NCBI GenBank assembly: GCA_022710975.1 | Contig: JAKLGA010000009.1 | Coordinates: 181,547 to 245,546, forward strand | From: Myxococcota bacterium | Lineage (GTDB): Bacteria > Myxococcota > B64-G9 | Reading direction: 5' to 3' | Length of the DNA: 64,000 bases | In this document: piece by piece, positions 60,880 through 64,000 of the stretch | Numbering within the stretch: the first letter of the stretch is position 1 | How the letters are laid out: each line of letters starts with the position of its first letter | Made by a program: the position numbers and the translations under genes | Notes under the pieces: generated by a model | Told to the model about the DNA's origin: nothing | Database searches by the model: none | The model's input: only the letters and a program-made list of their open reading frames with translations

Positions 60880-62055
60880 ATGGACGCGCCGCGCCTGAAT
60901 GCGTACCAGAGGGACGCCCACCTGACCTCGCTGCGCGCCCGCGCGGTCGCCTGCGCGCCCGCGCAGGGCGGCTTCCTGGTCGAGCTCGAGGACACGCTCT
61001 TCTACCCCGAGGGCGGGGGTCAGCCCGCCGACGCCGGCACCCTCGACGGGCAGGCGCTGCTCGGCCTGCAGAAGACGGCCGACGGGCGGGTGCTGCACCT
61101 CCTGGCCGAGGCCGTCGAGGTCGGGCGGGAGGTGGCGCTGGAGCTCGACTGGGCGCGGCGCCTCGATCACATGCAGCAGCACTCCGCCCAGCACATCCTG
61201 ACCGCGCTGGCGCTGGCCGAGTTCGGCTGGCCCACCACGGCCTTCCACCTGGGGCCGGACCGCTCCGACCTCGAGCTGGGTCAGGACGGGCTCGACCTGG
61301 CGGCGCTGGCCGGCCTCCAGGCGCGGGCGAACGAGATCGTCCGCCAGGCCCGCCCGGTGCGCACCCGCTGGGTGAGCGCGGAGGAGTTCCAGACCCTGCC
61401 GGTGCGCTCCCGCATCCTGCCCGAGGGATTCGCCGGCCCCTACCGGCTGGTGGAGATCGAGGGCGTGGATCTCAACACCTGCGGCGGGACCCACGTGGCC
61501 TCCACCGCCGAGCTGCAGGCCGTCGCCCTCACGGGCACCGAGCGGCTGAGGGGGGGCACGCGGGTGTTCTTCCTGGCCGGTGGGCGGGTGCTGCGCGAGC
61601 TCGGCCAGGCGGTCGCGCACCAGCGCGCGCTCGGGGAGCTGCTGTCCTGCCCGCCGGCGGATCACCCGGCGGCCGTCTCGCGCCTGCAGGCCGAGCTCCG
61701 CGAGGCGGGCGTCCAGCGCCGCCAGCTCCAGTCCGAGCTGGCCCTGCACCTGGCGCGGGAGCTGTCCCGCGGCCCGCAGCCGGCCAGCCTGCACCGGCCC
61801 GAGGCCGACATGGCCTGCCTGCAGGCCGTGGCCCGGGCCTTCCTGGAGCTGTGTCCGCAGGGGCTCGCCCTGCTGACGGGCAAGGGCCTGTTCGTGCTGG
61901 CCGGCCCGGCGGACAGGCTGAAGGCCCTCGGTCCCCAGGTGGCCGCGGCGCTCGGCGGCCGGGGCGGGGGCGGGGCGGGGCTCTACCAGGGCAAGGCCGC
62001 GGAGCTCTCCCCGGCCGCCCGCGAGCGCGCGCTGGCGACGCTCAGGTCGAGCTGA
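60880..62055 (+). CDS. AlaX-L type alanyl-tRNA editing protein (tRNA_SAD domain)
   Basis: FYPEGGGQPADAG at the N-terminus, then HSAQHIL and CGGTHV zinc-binding motifs. Start is chosen at MDAPRLNAYQRD by family alignment. The ORF table begins at 60814 with no RBS, so the start is uncertain. Confidence 0.7.
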   Translation: MDAPRLNAYQRDAHLTSLRARAVACAPAQGGFLVELEDTLFYPEGGGQPADAGTLDGQALLGLQKTADGRVLHLLAEAVEVGREVALELDWARRLDHMQQHSAQHILTALALAEFGWPTTAFHLGPDRSDLELGQDGLDLAALAGLQARANEIVRQARPVRTRWVSAEEFQTLPVRSRILPEGFAGPYRLVEIEGVDLNTCGGTHVASTAELQAVALTGTERLRGGTRVFFLAGGRVLRELGQAVAHQRALGELLSCPPADHPAAVSRLQAELREAGVQRRQLQSELALHLARELSRGPQPASLHRPEADMACLQAVARAFLELCPQGLALLTGKGLFVLAGPADRLKALGPQVAAALGGRGGGGAGLYQGKAAELSPAARERALATLRSS

Positions 62056-62062
62056 AGCTCGG

Positions 62063-63589
62063 CTAGTAGAACACCTGCGTGGACCAGGTGGCCAGCACCG
62101 CCAGCGGCTGCCAGAACACGCCCAGCGCCAGGACGGCCACGGCGGTCACCACGGCCACCAGCCCGGCCGTGTTGCCCGCGGGCACGGCCGGGGCGCCCTC
62201 GGGGCCGGCCTCCAGGTACATGGCCTTCAGCACCCGGGCGTAGTAGGCCAGCGAGATGACCGCGTTCACCACCCCCACCACGGCCAGCAGCACGTACCAG
62301 AAGCCGCCCTTCCACAGCACCGCGGCGAACAGGTAGAGCTTGCCGACGAAGCCGGCCGTGGGCGGCAGGCCGATCAGCGAGATGAGCAGCACCGCCAGGG
62401 CGAGCGCCAGGAGCGGCGAGCGCCGCCCCAGCCCGCGGAAGGCCCCGAGCTGCTCGCCGGCCACCGGGTCGGGGTGGGCTCGGCTGACCGCGGACACGGC
62501 CGCGAAGGCCCCCAGGTTCATCAGCGCGTACACGATCAGGTACAGGCTGACCGACTCGAAACCGTCCTGGCCGCCCGCCAGGACGCCCAGCAGGATGTAC
62601 CCCGCGTGGGCGATGGAGGAGTAGGCCAGCATGCGCTTCACGCTGTCCTGGACGAGCGCGGTCAGGTTGCCGAGCGTCATGCTGAGCGCGCTCAGGCCCC
62701 CCACCAGGGCCAGCCAGGGCACGGGCATGTCCAGCGCCGGGCCCAGGCTGCCGGGCGGAGAGAACAGGCCCCACAGCACCCGCAGGAGCACGGCGAAGGC
62801 CGCCGCCTTGGGGGCCACCGACAGCAGCCCGGCGAAGGGCGTGGGCGCGCCCTCGTAGGCGTCCGGGGCCCACATGTGGAAGGGCACCGCGGCCACCTTG
62901 AAGCCCAGGCCCGCCAGCAGGCACACCAGCCCGGCCCAGGCGGCCCACTGCCCGGCCGGGGAGGCCAGCGCGGTCCCCTCCACCAGGGCGGTGTGCAGCC
63001 CCTGCAGGCTGAGGTCGCCCAGCAGCCCGTACAGCAGGCTCATGCCGAACAGGCCGACGGCCGAGGCCACCCCGCCGTACAGCGCGTACTTGAGGGCCGC
63101 CTCCAGGCTGCGCCCGCGCGCCTTGTCCCAGCCGGTGAGCAGGTAGGACAGCAGGCTGACCGACTCGATCGCCACGTACAGCATGAGCAGGTGGTTCACG
63201 CAGGCCAGCAGCCCGAGGGCCGCGGTGAGCGCCAGCACCAGCCCGTGGTACTCCCCGCGCCGCGCGGGCGCGAGCGTCGGGCTCCCGGCGGACAGCACCA
63301 GGGCCAGGGCCGCGGCCGCCAGCACCAGCCCGCGGAAGACGAGCCCCAGCCGGTCGCAGGCCAGCAGCCCGCCGAACAGCAGGCCCAGGCAGCCGCCGGC
63401 CAGGCCGAACCACACCAGCCAGGCGAGCGCGCCCAGCAGCGCCGCCAAGCTCAGCAGGGGGAACAGCCAGCGGCCGGCCGGGCCGCGCACGAAGGCCGAG
63501 AGCAGCAACACCACCACCGCCGCGCCGCCCACCAGGAGCTCGGGCGTCACGTAGGGCAGGCTGGCCAGGCTGCTGAGCGGTCCTTGCAT
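62063..63589 (-). CDS. nuoN: NADH-quinone oxidoreductase subunit N
   Basis: 14-TM antiporter-like subunit. Conserved WAPDAYEGAPTPFAGLLSVAPKAAAFAVLLR and MLAYSSIAHAGY blocks. Confidence 0.9.
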   Translation of the reverse strand: MQGPLSSLASLPYVTPELLVGGAAVVVLLLSAFVRGPAGRWLFPLLSLAALLGALAWLVWFGLAGGCLGLLFGGLLACDRLGLVFRGLVLAAAALALVLSAGSPTLAPARRGEYHGLVLALTAALGLLACVNHLLMLYVAIESVSLLSYLLTGWDKARGRSLEAALKYALYGGVASAVGLFGMSLLYGLLGDLSLQGLHTALVEGTALASPAGQWAAWAGLVCLLAGLGFKVAAVPFHMWAPDAYEGAPTPFAGLLSVAPKAAAFAVLLRVLWGLFSPPGSLGPALDMPVPWLALVGGLSALSMTLGNLTALVQDSVKRMLAYSSIAHAGYILLGVLAGGQDGFESVSLYLIVYALMNLGAFAAVSAVSRAHPDPVAGEQLGAFRGLGRRSPLLALALAVLLISLIGLPPTAGFVGKLYLFAAVLWKGGFWYVLLAVVGVVNAVISLAYYARVLKAMYLEAGPEGAPAVPAGNTAGLVAVVTAVAVLALGVFWQPLAVLATWSTQVFY

Positions 63590-63593
63590 GGCT

Positions 63594-64000
63594 TCAGAGT
63601 CCGATCGCCCGGGCCAGCGGCGCCACCAGCTCGTGCAGGCCGTGCTGCATGAGGTCCAGGATGGGCATGGGGTAGAAGCCGAGCAGCAGCATGAGCGCCG
63701 CCAGCGGGTAGAGCGTCAGGCGCTCGCGCCACAGCAGGTCCTTGAGCCCCTTGTACCTCTCGTTCAGCGGCCCGAGGAACATGCGCTGGATGGTCCACAG
63801 GTAGTAGGCCGCGGTGATGATCACCGCGCTGGCCGAGATGACGGTCAGCACGGTGAACACCGGGAACGCGCCCAGGAAGCACAGCGCCTCGCTGATGAAG
63901 CCGTTCAGCCCGGGCAGGCCCAGGGAGGCCATGAAGGTCAGGCCCATGATCGCGGTGTACTCCGGCATCACCTTGGCCAGGCCGCCGAAGCCCAGGATCT
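63594..64000 (-). CDS. nuoM: NADH-quinone oxidoreductase subunit M, C-terminal part only (gene continues beyond the window end)
   Basis: The C-terminal NuoM-like hydrophobic sequence ends 4 nt upstream of nuoN. The frame is open to position 64000. Confidence 0.8.
   Translation of the reverse strand, partial: ILGFGGLAKVMPEYTAIMGLTFMASLGLPGLNGFISEALCFLGAFPVFTVLTVISASAVIITAAYYLWTIQRMFLGPLNERYKGLKDLLWRERLTLYPLAALMLLLGFYPMPILDLMQHGLHELVAPLARAIGL

Noticed and set aside
60760-61794. Upstream 345 codons of the 3251-aa ORF table entry for the giant protease
   Set aside because: This part is antisense to the AlaX-like gene and lacks an RBS. The internal ATG at 60759 has GGAGG and a signal peptide.

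Overview
This 64 kb window is about 70% GC and almost certainly comes from a myxobacterium (order Myxococcales). The basis is two MYXO-CTERM sorting tails (GC...hydrophobic...RRR), many Myxococcus-type cysteine-rich repeat (DGNxCTxDxC) proteins, MopE-like metal-binding motifs and a strong GC3 codon bias. Because GC is so high, nearly every real gene is shadowed by long spurious ORFs on the opposite strand or in shifted frames. I called genes by GC3 bias, recognisable domains and RBS/start context, and rejected the shadows. Coordinates may be off by a few nt where I chose an internal start. The window holds a conserved housekeeping core: recA; mreB-mreC-mreD-mrdA(PBP2)-rodA; trxA; speA; comM; nuoN/nuoM; a PpiD-like chaperone; an Hsp70 paralog. 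The rest is an accessory-looking complement. (1) Five very large secreted cysteine-rich repeat proteins together occupy roughly one third of the window. They include a tandem paralog pair, one copy of which carries an in-frame amber stop, a 1586-aa protein with a near-perfect 168-bp tandem repeat array, and a 2906-aa subtilisin (S8) fusion with about 50 copies of a 108-bp repeat plus MYXO-CTERM. (2) A single-strand cluster at 26.6-36.6 kb encodes, in order: an ExbD-like(?) secreted protein; a TSP3-repeat lipoprotein; a clear bacterial homolog of the eukaryotic major vault protein (MVP); a secreted HExxH...NEGLAE zinc peptidase; a biotin-carrier-like protein; and a poly-gamma-glutamate synthetase module (pgsB, pgsC) that lacks pgsA and carries a different third membrane protein. 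An MVP homolog operonically linked to a PGA-type synthetase and a biotinyl protein is, to my knowledge, undescribed; it is the best candidate for a novel system here. Also notable are recA translationally coupled to an FHA-GGDEF diguanylate cyclase, and a repeated TTCTTnAAGGG-type motif in two unrelated intergenic regions. I saw no tRNA, rRNA, CRISPR array or transposase. All family assignments rest on motif and sequence recognition from memory; no database search was possible.
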